This document shows, piece by piece, positions 28,554 through 39,010 of a stretch of DNA of 64,000 bases. The stretch comes from Eubacteriales bacterium (GTDB taxonomy: Bacteria > Bacillota > Clostridia > Oscillospirales > CAG-272): positions 1,763-65,762 of the forward strand of contig JAZOVV010000045.1 of assembly GCA_045658925.1 (NCBI GenBank), read 5' to 3'. Numbering within the stretch: the first letter of the stretch is position 1; every line of letters begins with the position of its first letter. The translations under genes were made by a program, and so were the position numbers. Under the pieces are notes generated by a model. It saw only the letters and a list, made by a program, of their open reading frames with translations, had not been told where the DNA came from and ran no database searches.

Positions 28554-29291
28554 ATGAAAACTTGCACCTATCTTGGAATTCTTGGCGGTCTAGGTCCTGC
28601 GTCAACGGTCTATTTTTGTGAACTGCTCAACCGCCACACCGCCGCGACCTGCGACGCTGACCACATCGATATGCTCATCAGCAGCAAGGCTACCACGCCT
28701 GACAGAACTGCTTACATCCTTGACAAAAATTCTCCCGATCCCCTGCCCGTAATGCTTGCAGAGGCACACCGCTTGGAGAATGCGGGCGTTGATTTGATTG
28801 TTGTTCCCTGCAACACCGCACACTATTTTTATGACGGACTGACAAAGGGTTGCAAAACGCCCATTCTCAACATCATTGACGAGACAACAGCGCATCTTGC
28901 GCGTACGGGTGTGGAGACCTTTGGTCTGCTTGCCACTGTTGGAACCATCAAAGCAGGCGCTTACGAGCGTTTTTGCGCGCCTCGCGGTCTTGCTTGCATC
29001 ACCCCCACCAAAAAGGAACAAGCAATAATTTCGGACATCATTTATGGGCAAATTAAGCAGAACAAACCCATAGATAAGTCTGCGTTTGAGTGTGTAGTGA
29101 GTTCACTCCGCTCCCGCGGATGCGAAAAGATTGTACTCGGTTGCACCGAGCTTTCGCTTTTGAAGAAAGAGGGACTTGACGATGAGCTCTTTGTCGACTC
29201 TCTTGACGTTCTCGCGTACCGCACCATTCTTGCCTGCGGCAAGACGCCTGTGGGATTCCCTATCTCGTTTGATACGGAGGTGGCGCGATGA
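28554..29291 (+). CDS. Aspartate/glutamate racemase family protein (probable Asp racemase)
   Basis: GILGGLGP, PDRT, PCNTAH and LGCTELS two-Cys motifs. Confidence 0.9.
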   Translation: MKTCTYLGILGGLGPASTVYFCELLNRHTAATCDADHIDMLISSKATTPDRTAYILDKNSPDPLPVMLAEAHRLENAGVDLIVVPCNTAHYFYDGLTKGCKTPILNIIDETTAHLARTGVETFGLLATVGTIKAGAYERFCAPRGLACITPTKKEQAIISDIIYGQIKQNKPIDKSAFECVVSSLRSRGCEKIVLGCTELSLLKKEGLDDELFVDSLDVLAYRTILACGKTPVGFPISFDTEVAR

Positions 29292-30775
29292 AATCTTATC
29301 TTCTGCTTGGCAAAACCTTCCCATTTGACCACATTCCCGATTGCGAAATCACAACCTTGACCGACCACTCGGAGCGCACGGATGCAGAAAGCGTTTTTGT
29401 TTGCATTCGCGGTCAGCGCTTTGACGGTCACACCTTGGCGCCTCGCGCTTACGAGCGCGGATGCCGCATATTTGTAGCGGAAGAACCGCTCAATTTACCC
29501 GCAGACGCTTGCGTTCTTTTGACAAACAACAGCCGCAAGACGCTCTCGGAGCTTGCCTGCACGCTTTGGGGTGACCCCTCTGGCAAAATGCACGTCATTG
29601 GCATTACGGGTACCAAGGGCAAGACCACAACGGCTACAATGCTGGCACATATTCTTAATTCTGTTGGTATTCCAACGGGATATATTGGAACAAACGGCAT
29701 TTCTTACGGCTCGGTGGAACGCACAACGGCAAACACCACCCCCGACCCCTTGACACTGCAACAAACTCTTTATGATATGCAACGCTGTGGCATTCGCGCC
29801 GTTGTGATGGAGGTCTCCTCGCAAGGGCTGATGCAAAGCCGCGTTGCGGGCGTTCAATTTGGAACGGTACTCTTTACGAACCTTTACCTCGACCATATCG
29901 GTGGCGCTGAACACCCCACGTTTGAGCATTACCGCGCAACGAAGCATTCTCTCTTTACCGATTTCGCATCCCCAAATGCGGTTTGGAACATTGATGACCC
30001 CGCAACGCCCTTGATGCGCATAGGTTGCACCGCTTTGCGCAACCTCACAATTTCGGGAGAAGAAAAGCGTGCCGACTATTTGGCACAGAATACGCGCCCC
30101 TTGCGCGACGAAAACGGATTGTATTCCCTCTTCCGCCTCATTGCCGAGGACAAGGAAATAGAATGTCGCCTGCGTCTTTTAGGCGAGCACAACGTTTACA
30201 ATGCGCTCCTGGCGGTTGCCGTAGCGCACGGCGTTTTCCAAGTTCCTCTCTCTATGACGGTTGCCGCTCTTGAAAAATTGGCAATTCGCGGCAGAGCCGA
30301 GTGTATCCCTCTGCCTAACGGTGCGCTCTGCGTTATCGACTACGCACACAACGGCGAGAGCTTGCGACATTTGCTGACTTCTTTGCGTGTTTATCAGCCT
30401 TCTCGTCTCATTTGTCTGTTCGGCTCGGTTGGTGAGCGCACACAGGTCCGCCGCCGCGAGCTTGGTGAGGTTGCCGCAGAGCTTGCCGACCTCTCAATTT
30501 TGACGTCGGATAACCCCGGCACCGAGGACCCGATGCAAATTATTGACGAAATTGCCGCCGCCTTTGGCGACAATCGCAAGGCTTACATCAAAATTCCCGA
30601 CAGAAGCGATGCCATTCGCTGCGCGGTTTCCATTCTGCAACGAAATGACATTCTCGTTCTCGCGGGAAAAGGTCACGAGGAGTATCAGCTCATCGGGCGC
30701 GAAAAGCTCCCCTTCTCGGAGCGAGAAATCATTCGAGAGGTACTGAACGCTGACCCAATTCTCTTACCCCAATAA
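29288..30775 (+). CDS. murE: UDP-MurNAc-dipeptide:diamino acid ligase
   Basis: GITGTKGKTT, NTTP, MEVSSQG, DYAHN, AGKGHE. Specificity motif is DNPG. Confidence 0.92.
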   Translation: MKSYLLLGKTFPFDHIPDCEITTLTDHSERTDAESVFVCIRGQRFDGHTLAPRAYERGCRIFVAEEPLNLPADACVLLTNNSRKTLSELACTLWGDPSGKMHVIGITGTKGKTTTATMLAHILNSVGIPTGYIGTNGISYGSVERTTANTTPDPLTLQQTLYDMQRCGIRAVVMEVSSQGLMQSRVAGVQFGTVLFTNLYLDHIGGAEHPTFEHYRATKHSLFTDFASPNAVWNIDDPATPLMRIGCTALRNLTISGEEKRADYLAQNTRPLRDENGLYSLFRLIAEDKEIECRLRLLGEHNVYNALLAVAVAHGVFQVPLSMTVAALEKLAIRGRAECIPLPNGALCVIDYAHNGESLRHLLTSLRVYQPSRLICLFGSVGERTQVRRRELGEVAAELADLSILTSDNPGTEDPMQIIDEIAAAFGDNRKAYIKIPDRSDAIRCAVSILQRNDILVLAGKGHEEYQLIGREKLPFSEREIIREVLNADPILLPQ

Positions 30776-30798
30776 AAATAAACTTTTAAGGAGGCGCT

Positions 30799-32040
30799 AT
30801 GGCACGTTTGGTTTTTCACATCGACGTTAATAGCGCCTTTCTTTCGTGGGAAGCCGCAAGACGCGTTCGAAACGGCGAGGCAGATATTCGTCTCATTCCG
30901 TCCGCCATTGGCGGAGACAGAGAAAGCCGCCGCGGCGTGATTTTGGCAAAATCGATCCCATCCAAAAAATATGGCATCAAAACGGGCGAGCCCATTGCGA
31001 TGGCTCTGCGCAAATGCCCCGACCTCTATATTGCAAAGCCCGATTTTTCGCTTTACGAGCAGTGCTCGCGCGCTTTTATGGACGTTTGCCGTAAATATGC
31101 GCCTGTGGTAGAGGTCTACTCGATTGACGAGTGCTTCCTCGATATGAGCGGCACGTCGCGGCTCTATCCCGACCCGATTGAGATTGCCCGAAAGATTAAG
31201 GATGAAATTCGCGATACGCTCGGTTTTACCGTAAACGTTGGCATCGGTTCGAACAAATTGCTTGCCAAAATGGCAAGCGACTTTGAAAAGCCCGATAAAA
31301 TTCACACGCTTTTTACAGAAGAAATCCCCACCAAAATGTGGCCGCTGCCCGCCCACGCTCTCTTCTCTCTCGGTCGCTCCGCGGCGGAGAGACTGTACGG
31401 GATGCACATTCGCACCATTGGCGAGCTTGCCGCAACCGACGTGGCAGATCTGCGTACTGTTTTTGGCGTAAAGATGGGCGAACATCTCCACCGCTTTGCC
31501 AACGGCATTGACACCTCACCCGTGCTTGCCGAATCGGAAGAAGCCAAGGGCTATGGCAACTCTACAACACTTGCAAAGGATTTGACGACTGCCGAAGAAG
31601 CCTACCCGATTCTCCTCTCCCTTGCCGACAGTTGCACCTCGCGTATGCGCAACGATGGGCAAAAGGCAACTTGCGTTTCGGTAACCATAAGAGACACCGC
31701 CTTTCGCGACCGCTCGCATCAGCAGCATCTTTCGCACGCGACGGATATAACGTCCGAGATATACGAGGTTGCCTGCCGCCTGTTTGACGACCTTTGGGAC
31801 AGAAAGATGCCCTTGCGCTTGCTTGGTGTATCGCTCTCGCAACTGACGCGCGAGGATGCGGCACAGCTTTCGATGTTCCCCGACCCAAAGCGCGAGCGCG
31901 AGCAGGAGCTCGACCGCCTGATTGATGGTATTCGTCACCGCTTTGGCTCGGATACTATTGTGCGCGGCTCGATTATGGAGCAAAGCCGACACGTAGGTAA
32001 AAAGCACAAGGCGGCACTTGATTTAGAAAAAGAAGAATAA
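30799..32040 (+). CDS. dinB: DNA polymerase IV (Y family)
   Basis: HIDVNSAF, YSIDECFLD, NKLLAKMASD, little-finger motif LRLLGV. Confidence 0.95.
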   Translation: MARLVFHIDVNSAFLSWEAARRVRNGEADIRLIPSAIGGDRESRRGVILAKSIPSKKYGIKTGEPIAMALRKCPDLYIAKPDFSLYEQCSRAFMDVCRKYAPVVEVYSIDECFLDMSGTSRLYPDPIEIARKIKDEIRDTLGFTVNVGIGSNKLLAKMASDFEKPDKIHTLFTEEIPTKMWPLPAHALFSLGRSAAERLYGMHIRTIGELAATDVADLRTVFGVKMGEHLHRFANGIDTSPVLAESEEAKGYGNSTTLAKDLTTAEEAYPILLSLADSCTSRMRNDGQKATCVSVTIRDTAFRDRSHQQHLSHATDITSEIYEVACRLFDDLWDRKMPLRLLGVSLSQLTREDAAQLSMFPDPKREREQELDRLIDGIRHRFGSDTIVRGSIMEQSRHVGKKHKAALDLEKEE

Positions 32041-32135
32041 TATCCACCCCAAAAAGGTGGGTATTATTCTTTTTTTGCTCTATTTCCCCATCCTTTCTCA
32101 TAGAATAAGACAAGTAAGTTGTGCGAGGTGAGAAG

Positions 32136-33698
32136 ATGCGGACACGGGCGAGGGAGATTTTTTGGAATGCGATGCTACTAACTCTTGCGTCGCTGTTTAT
32201 GCGCACCGTTGGCGTGAGCTTTCAGGTTGTTGTATCAGGGCGCGTTGGCGCGGAGGCAATGGGGTTGTTCTCCATTCTTTCGGGCGTTTACGGCTTTGCC
32301 TTGACCTTGGCAACCTCGGGCATTCACCTTGGTGTCACGCGAATGACGGTGGAAGCGATGGAAAGCGGAAGTTGTGCGCGGGTTGGCGGTATCCTACGGC
32401 GCGCAACGGCTTATGCCCTCTTTTTTGGTTCTCTTGCATCGATTTTGCTCTTTTCGCTGGCGGAGCCGATTGGCACGTTTTGGCTAAAAGATGCACGCAC
32501 GATTTCATCGTTGCGACTTTTGGCAATTACGCTGCCCCTGATTGCGCTCTCCTCTGCGTGGGGCGGATATTTTTCGGCAATGCGACGCCCTTGGAAAAAC
32601 GCCGCCGTGCAGGTGTTTGAACAGTCCGTCAAAATTGGCGCGACGATGTATCTTTTGGCCTTCCACTTTGCCAAAGATGTGGAAAGTGCTTGCCGCATCC
32701 TTGTGCTTGGCGGTGCGGTAGCAGAGATATTTTCTTTTCTTTTGGAGTTCCTTTTATATCAACTTGACAAAAGGCGGCATCTTGGCAAAGCCTTTGTTCA
32801 TTGTGCGGGAGACGGAAAAAAACTGCTTTCTATCACGCTTCCCATTGCCGCAACGGCTTATATTCGCTCGGGATTGATTACGCTCCAACACATTCTCATT
32901 CCCGAGGGACTTCGCAGGAGTGGAGCTTCGCACGCCGCGGCACTTGTGGCTTACGGCACCATTCAAAGTATGGCACTCCCCGTTATCCTCTATCCTGCCG
33001 CTCTGATGTATTCCTTTTCGGGGTTGCTCGTTCCCGAGCTTGCCGAGGCAGAGGTGCACGACCACAGGCGGCACATTCACTATATGATATCGCGGGTATG
33101 GTCGCTCTCGCTCCTCTTTTCGTTTGGTGTGGCAGGGGTACTCATCTGCTTTTCGAGTGAGATTGGCGCGGCACTTTACCCGAATTCCGCGGCAGGATAT
33201 TACATTCGTATTCTCGCACCGCTCATTCCCATTATGTATCTCGATACCGCGACTGACGCGATGATGAAAGGGCTTGGCGAGCAGCTATATTCGATGAAAA
33301 TCAATATTGCCGATGCTGCAATTTCTCTTTTGATGGTTATTCTTTTGGTGCCTCGGTTTGGCATTTGGGGCTATATTGTTACCATTTACGTCTCGGAGCT
33401 CTTCAATACAGTTTGTAGCATTACGCACCTTTTGATAATCAGCAAAACCCCTGTGCGGCTTTGCAAATGGATTTACAAGCCTCTGTTTTGTATTGTTTGT
33501 TCTACATCGGTTGTGCAATTTCTGTTAGAAAAAACCGCGTTTAGAGTCGAATCTGCCGCATTCTCAATCATTTTTCATATTGTAGCGGTCATTTTGGTGT
33601 ACGTTCTCCTTTTGCGCCTGACACGTGCGGTGGAAAAGGATGACGTCGTGTGGGTAAAGGGACTGTTTAAAACAAAGGAAAAGGTCGAATCTCCATGA
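32136..33698 (+). CDS. spoVB: SpoVB-like MOP flippase / polysaccharide biosynthesis protein
   Basis: About 14 TMs, GAEAMGLF, LATSG, QVFEQ, MKGLGEQ. RBS GAGGTG and upstream CATAGAAT (sigma-E-like -10). Confidence 0.7.
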   Translation: MRTRAREIFWNAMLLTLASLFMRTVGVSFQVVVSGRVGAEAMGLFSILSGVYGFALTLATSGIHLGVTRMTVEAMESGSCARVGGILRRATAYALFFGSLASILLFSLAEPIGTFWLKDARTISSLRLLAITLPLIALSSAWGGYFSAMRRPWKNAAVQVFEQSVKIGATMYLLAFHFAKDVESACRILVLGGAVAEIFSFLLEFLLYQLDKRRHLGKAFVHCAGDGKKLLSITLPIAATAYIRSGLITLQHILIPEGLRRSGASHAAALVAYGTIQSMALPVILYPAALMYSFSGLLVPELAEAEVHDHRRHIHYMISRVWSLSLLFSFGVAGVLICFSSEIGAALYPNSAAGYYIRILAPLIPIMYLDTATDAMMKGLGEQLYSMKINIADAAISLLMVILLVPRFGIWGYIVTIYVSELFNTVCSITHLLIISKTPVRLCKWIYKPLFCIVCSTSVVQFLLEKTAFRVESAAFSIIFHIVAVILVYVLLLRLTRAVEKDDVVWVKGLFKTKEKVESP

Positions 33699-33715
33699 GA
33701 GATTCGACCCCTATT

Positions 33716-36700
33716 TTATTCTTTTGTTTTAATAATCTTAACGGGCTTAATATTCTTGATCTTGATAAGCGGGAATGCAAGCGAGAGGATTGCAAGCACA
33801 ACGATGAGCAAGCAGTCTTTGATTGCAATGGACGGTTGGAAGGTCAAGAATTTGAGTTCAAGCATAACGCGGTGCGAAGCAATGCGCTTGAGTGAATCGA
33901 TGAGCACTGAGTTGGCGGCATCGATGAAGAAGTAATACCCCACAATTGACATAAAGCAGGTCAAAATTGCGATCAAGCCAATTTGCAAACCGAAAATGGT
34001 TCCAATGGTGTTGTTTTGCGTACCAAGCGCTTTCAGAATACCGATTTCGTGCATTTTGGTGTGGATAAGACGTGTGGAGAAGTTTACCATAATGAAGATG
34101 GCACCAACGCAGAGGAAGAGCGCAACCATTTTGAAAATGGGAATGAATACTTCAACCGCACGGGTCATGGTGTAAACACCTTCGATAATGTAACTCAAGT
34201 GCGAATAACCAAGATCCTCGGTAATACCGAGAACGTTTTCGATTCCCTCGGAACCATCCAAATAAATGCCATATGCTCTGATACCGTCTTTTTTGAAAAG
34301 ATCGTAAATATTATCCGATGCACAAAGCGTAAGGCTAGCGTTTTGGACAAGTCCTACAATGGTAACTTCCTTGGTGAACAAGGCATTCTCATTCTCGGTC
34401 TCACGGAAGTCATAATGCGAAAGAGTCACCTTGTGAGGAACGAAGGTATCGAGATTTTCGGTGGTGTACTCTGTTCCAAATATTTGGTTATATCTTTCGT
34501 AGCTCATAGCAATGCTATCGTCGGGTAACTCGTCGCCGATTGCCCATTCTGCCGAAATAAACTCTTTGTTCTCATCGTAGAAGGTGCAATATGCGTAATG
34601 TCTCAAAGAAATAGCAGTGAACTCGGTAATTTTGGCGCCCTCGGGGATTTCGATGTAATCCGAAATCTTAGCCCCGGTTCTACCGTTGGAACCCGTTTTG
34701 ACTACGGAGCCATCGTATGGGTCAAGACCGATTCCATCTTTGGCATTCTTTTCCGGCGTTAGGAAATTCATCTGCTCTGCGGAGATGGGCTCGTTATCGT
34801 CAAAGCGAAGGAGCGCACTCTCCATTTTGGCAACCTCGGGGTTGTTGGTTTGAGAATTCTTCAGTCCTGTGTTAAAGGCTACGCGAATATACTTTGCACC
34901 CTCGGGAATTTCGGGGAGCTTTTGAGTGTAAAAAAACGAACTGTAAAGAGAAGATTCATAATCGCCGGCATTGTAGTGATACCAATAATCATATACCATT
35001 GCATTGGTGTACGTTGTGATATCTTCCTTGCCGTTAAAGTTGAGGCGATAGTGCGGTACGGAATAACTGATGTTGGTGTTGTGAAGTCTCTCAACAAAGT
35101 CGGGAGCGGTGGCGTAACAATAGCCGAGCGTATCATAAATTTCTTGAGTGAATTGTTGGAAAACAGGCTTTTGGTAAAGTTCAACCATTATTTGCGTCAA
35201 ATCTTTTTTGCCCTGTACAAATTCAAAAACCTCGGCATAACGCTCACGGTAGCCCGTATCAATAATGCCGTTGATGTATCCAACGGGAACGTTGGCACTA
35301 TTACTGTAATAATACTTTCCTACCATGGTATCATAACCCTTGCCGCGATACCTTGTGGGTCCCTTGCTACGAATAGCATCAGCAAGATAGTCGGTGATGT
35401 AAACACCATACGGTTGCTCAACCTCTGCCTTTGCTGCAAAAGTAATTTCTCCAAATTTGCGAGCGAGGAAGTCATCATCCACAACAAGGGTGCCAAATGC
35501 CTCGTTCATATAAAGGCTGTAACTGAGACCGACTCCATCGCCGTAACCCAAATAAACACTTCTATTACTAACGGGAATGGTATAATTGAGCAAGGGGTAA
35601 GCGGTGCCCTTATAACCTTCATTGTAAAGAGTTTGAATATCGTTCTCTCCAACACCCGAGTAAAAATGACGTCCCCACTTTTCGTAGGCTTCGTCATCTA
35701 CTTTTCTTGCAAGCAAGAGAGATTTTTGACTATTCTTTTTCAGCTCGTTTGCTACAACGCTGCTTGTGTCAAAAGCGATAATGGTTTGGGAGAAGGACAT
35801 AATAACCATGATAACCGCTATCATAAAGCTGGAGAAAGTAATGCTGAGTGCCTTGCTCTTGAGAAACTTTCGGGAAAGGCGCATCTTTTTGAAGAAGCTA
35901 AGCTTTTCCTTGACGATTTCAATAAATGTAGGCTCATCATTTCTATATTGCGTTGGCGCGAATTGCGTTCGACTCTTAACAAGTCGACGCGCACCGTTTG
36001 CATTGATAATGGCAATATCATTGTCGCTCAACTCTCTGCCCTCGGGATAAACCAAAAAGCCATTGGAAATACTGATACCGCCTACCGCTCCCACGTTACG
36101 GGTATAGTCGTCTACTATGCTACCGCCTGAAAGTTCAATAATGCGATCGGCATAATTACGCGCATCGCGTGTATTATGCGAAACCACCAAGATAAGATGA
36201 TTGTGGGAAAGTTCGCGCAAAAGCTCAATAATAGAAGTGGCTGTTTGGGTATCGAGGTTACCCGTAGGCTCATCGGCGAGGATGATGCGAGGATCCTTGA
36301 CAATGGCACGCGCAATGGCTACACGTTGACGTTCACCGCCACTGAGCTCCGACGGATAACGGTGCTCATAACCGGCAAGCCCTACCCTTGCAAGCGCCAT
36401 GCTGACATCGCCATAATCCTTCATTCGACGCAAATTAAGAGAAAGGACAATATTATCGTAAACGGTCAACTCCTCAATGAGGTGGTAATCTTGAAAGATG
36501 AATCCTACGTGAGAATTGCGGTAGTTGCACATCTTTCTCTCACTGAGGTGAGAAATGTCGTTGCCGTCGACCTCGATTGTGCCGCTTGTGATTTTATCCA
36601 AGCCGCCTATGAGGTTGAGAAGTGTGGATTTACCACTACCGCTCTTACCAAGGACGAAAACAAGACCTGCATCGGGCAGGGTCAAATTGATGTTATTAAG

Positions 36701-36763
36701 CGCTGCAACCTTTTTGCGCCTTTTGGAACGGTAAACTTTGTAAAGTGATGTAATTTTAATCAA
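33716..36763 (-). CDS. Fused ABC exporter ATPase/permease (MacB/FtsX-like)
   Basis: Walker A GKSGSGKS, LSGGERQ, LADEPTGNLD. One TM, large extracellular domain, C-terminal FtsX motif (HEIGILKALG). Confidence 0.9.
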   Translation of the reverse strand: MIKITSLYKVYRSKRRKKVAALNNINLTLPDAGLVFVLGKSGSGKSTLLNLIGGLDKITSGTIEVDGNDISHLSERKMCNYRNSHVGFIFQDYHLIEELTVYDNIVLSLNLRRMKDYGDVSMALARVGLAGYEHRYPSELSGGERQRVAIARAIVKDPRIILADEPTGNLDTQTATSIIELLRELSHNHLILVVSHNTRDARNYADRIIELSGGSIVDDYTRNVGAVGGISISNGFLVYPEGRELSDNDIAIINANGARRLVKSRTQFAPTQYRNDEPTFIEIVKEKLSFFKKMRLSRKFLKSKALSITFSSFMIAVIMVIMSFSQTIIAFDTSSVVANELKKNSQKSLLLARKVDDEAYEKWGRHFYSGVGENDIQTLYNEGYKGTAYPLLNYTIPVSNRSVYLGYGDGVGLSYSLYMNEAFGTLVVDDDFLARKFGEITFAAKAEVEQPYGVYITDYLADAIRSKGPTRYRGKGYDTMVGKYYYSNSANVPVGYINGIIDTGYRERYAEVFEFVQGKKDLTQIMVELYQKPVFQQFTQEIYDTLGYCYATAPDFVERLHNTNISYSVPHYRLNFNGKEDITTYTNAMVYDYWYHYNAGDYESSLYSSFFYTQKLPEIPEGAKYIRVAFNTGLKNSQTNNPEVAKMESALLRFDDNEPISAEQMNFLTPEKNAKDGIGLDPYDGSVVKTGSNGRTGAKISDYIEIPEGAKITEFTAISLRHYAYCTFYDENKEFISAEWAIGDELPDDSIAMSYERYNQIFGTEYTTENLDTFVPHKVTLSHYDFRETENENALFTKEVTIVGLVQNASLTLCASDNIYDLFKKDGIRAYGIYLDGSEGIENVLGITEDLGYSHLSYIIEGVYTMTRAVEVFIPIFKMVALFLCVGAIFIMVNFSTRLIHTKMHEIGILKALGTQNNTIGTIFGLQIGLIAILTCFMSIVGYYFFIDAANSVLIDSLKRIASHRVMLELKFLTFQPSIAIKDCLLIVVLAILSLAFPLIKIKNIKPVKIIKTKE

Positions 36764-36847
36764 ATCTCTTTTCCCGCTTTCTAATTACATTGCAATCATT
36801 ATAGCACATCTTTTGTATTTTGTAAAGGCAAAAATCGAATTTGCTTG

Positions 36848-36886
36848 AAAAAAGCCGAAGCACATTATAGTGCTTCGACTTTTTTG
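36848..36886 (-). terminator. Terminator of the V-ATPase operon
   Basis: cgaagcac/gtgcttcg stem flanked by A and T tracts. Confidence 0.75.
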
Positions 36887-36892
36887 TCGTTT

Positions 36893-37576
36893 TTATGCGT
36901 CTTGCTCTTCGTCTTCGTCATCCTCGCGCTTTTGCGAGAGTTGTGCTTGGAGCATCATATCCTTGACCTTCATAAGGCGCGTTGTGTTACCTCGCTCGTT
37001 TTCGTCAAGCTTCATTTTAATGGTCTTGATGGTTTCGAGATACTGCGGCATCAGGATATATTCGAGTGCGTTAACACGGCGGCGAGTGCGTTCAATCTCC
37101 TCGGCGAGGAGCTGTGCCGTTTTTTCGAGTTCCGCCAAACGGATGAGATCCTCGAGAATGCTGTTGAGTTCTCGCAAAGAGGAATCCAATTCACCCGACG
37201 TAAACGCCATACCGTAGTTATAGCTATCGCTTCCCCCCTCTGCGTGAACACGCAGGTGGAACACGGGAACCGTGACGCTCATAATATTTTTATAATCGAC
37301 GGAGAGCTCGCCCTCCTTTTTGGGACAGATGAGGGCTTCCTCCAGCATTTTGGGGCTACTGACAGCGCTTGCAACCGTGAAGGATTGGTAAACCTTGCCG
37401 AGTGCTTCCTCTACGCGTTCGCGCAAAGCCTTATCCTCGCGTACAACGTCCAAAAACTGTTTCATCAGTTCGTCGCGCTTATCCTTGAGCAGCTTGTGTC
37501 CCTTGCGTGCGGTTTGATAGCGTGTTTGAATACGCTTCATTTCCATACGTGTGGGATTGACTCTCAATTCAGCCAT
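36893..37576 (-). CDS. ntpD: V/A-type ATPase subunit D
   Basis: NPTRME, GHKLLKDKRDEL, TRRRVNALE. Confidence 0.96.
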   Translation of the reverse strand: MAELRVNPTRMEMKRIQTRYQTARKGHKLLKDKRDELMKQFLDVVREDKALRERVEEALGKVYQSFTVASAVSSPKMLEEALICPKKEGELSVDYKNIMSVTVPVFHLRVHAEGGSDSYNYGMAFTSGELDSSLRELNSILEDLIRLAELEKTAQLLAEEIERTRRRVNALEYILMPQYLETIKTIKMKLDENERGNTTRLMKVKDMMLQAQLSQKREDDEDEEQDA

Positions 37577-37619
37577 TTTCGTCTGTCACCTCTCTTTCCG
37601 TAAGAATTGGCCTCTGTCA

Positions 37620-38996
37620 TTATGCCTGCTTGGGCCAGTATTTTTCAATCATTTCGGGCTTGATACGCTTCATTTCGCTCTTAGGCAGAATGGAAAGCAG
37701 TTCCCAACCGAGATCCAAGGTCTCTTCAATGGAACGGTTCTCTTCAAAGCCTTGATTGATATATCTTGCCTCGAATTCATCTGCGAACTGTGCGTAGAGA
37801 CGGTCAATGGGAGAGAGCGCTGCCTCGCCCAAAACTACCATGAGTTCTTTTGCTTCTTTACCGCGTGCATAAGCGGCAAAGAGTTGGTTCAGGGTTGCTG
37901 CGTGGTCCTCGCGCGTTTTGCCCTCGCCAATACCCTTATCCTTGAGACGGGAGAGAGACGGGAGAACGTCAACGGGAGGCATATAACCTTTGCGGTACAT
38001 TTCACGGGAGAGAATGATCTGACCCTCGGTAATGTAACCGGTCAAGTCGGGAATGGGGTGCGTCTTGTCGTCCTCGGGCATAGTGAGGATCGGAATCATG
38101 GTGATGGAGCCCTCGGAGCCCATTTTACGACCTGCACGCTCATACATGGTTGCCAAGTCGGTGTAAAGGTAGCCGGGATAGCCGCGGCGACCGGGAACCT
38201 CCTTACGCGCGGCAGAAACCTCACGCAAAGCCTCGGCATAGTTGGTGATATCGGTGATGATAACAAGCACGTGCATATCGCACTCAAACGCGAGATACTC
38301 TGCGGCAGTCAATGCCATACGGGGCGTGGAGATACGCTCGATTGCAGGGTCGGACGCGAGGTTGATGAAAAGCACTGTACGGTCAATAGCACCGGTACGC
38401 TTAAAGTCGGAAATGAAGAAATCTGCCTCTTCAAAAGTGATACCGACAGCCGCAAAAACAACTGCGAATTTATCGTCGGCATTGCGAACCTTTGCCTGAC
38501 GGGCGATTTGTGCCGCAAGGTTTGCGTGCGGCAGACCAGAGCCCGAGAAGATAGGCAGCTTTTGTCCACGAACAAGGGTGTTGAGTCCATCAATGGTGGA
38601 AACACCTGTTTGGATAAACTCGGAAGGATAGTAACGTGCAGCAGGATTGATAGGTGTGCCGTTGATATCAAGTGTTTTTTCGGGAATCAAGCGTGCACCA
38701 CCGTCGATGGCTTCACCCATACCGTTGAATACGCGACCGAGCATATTTTGCGATACGGGGAGTTCTACACCGTGTCCCGTGAAGCGAACCTTACTATCTG
38801 CGAGGTTGATGCCTGCTGCGGATTCAAACAACTGAACAAGTACGTTTCTACCGTTGACTTCCAGTACACGACAGCGACGAACTTCACCGCCCGGCAGTTC
38901 GATTTCGCCAAGTTCATCGTACTTTACGCCTTCGACCTGCTTGACAAGCATAAGAGGACCTGCAACTTCTTCGATGGTTCTATATTCTCTGATCAT
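37620..38996 (-). CDS. ntpB: V/A-type ATPase subunit B
   Basis: [40 protein letters not shown]. Confidence 0.97.
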   Translation of the reverse strand: MIREYRTIEEVAGPLMLVKQVEGVKYDELGEIELPGGEVRRCRVLEVNGRNVLVQLFESAAGINLADSKVRFTGHGVELPVSQNMLGRVFNGMGEAIDGGARLIPEKTLDINGTPINPAARYYPSEFIQTGVSTIDGLNTLVRGQKLPIFSGSGLPHANLAAQIARQAKVRNADDKFAVVFAAVGITFEEADFFISDFKRTGAIDRTVLFINLASDPAIERISTPRMALTAAEYLAFECDMHVLVIITDITNYAEALREVSAARKEVPGRRGYPGYLYTDLATMYERAGRKMGSEGSITMIPILTMPEDDKTHPIPDLTGYITEGQIILSREMYRKGYMPPVDVLPSLSRLKDKGIGEGKTREDHAATLNQLFAAYARGKEAKELMVVLGEAALSPIDRLYAQFADEFEARYINQGFEENRSIEETLDLGWELLSILPKSEMKRIKPEMIEKYWPKQA

Positions 38997-39010
38997 TGCC
39001 CTGCCCTCCT

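Noticed and set aside
34850-36130. 426-aa plus-strand ORF inside the ABC exporter
   Set aside because: Antisense shadow with no recognisable protein features.
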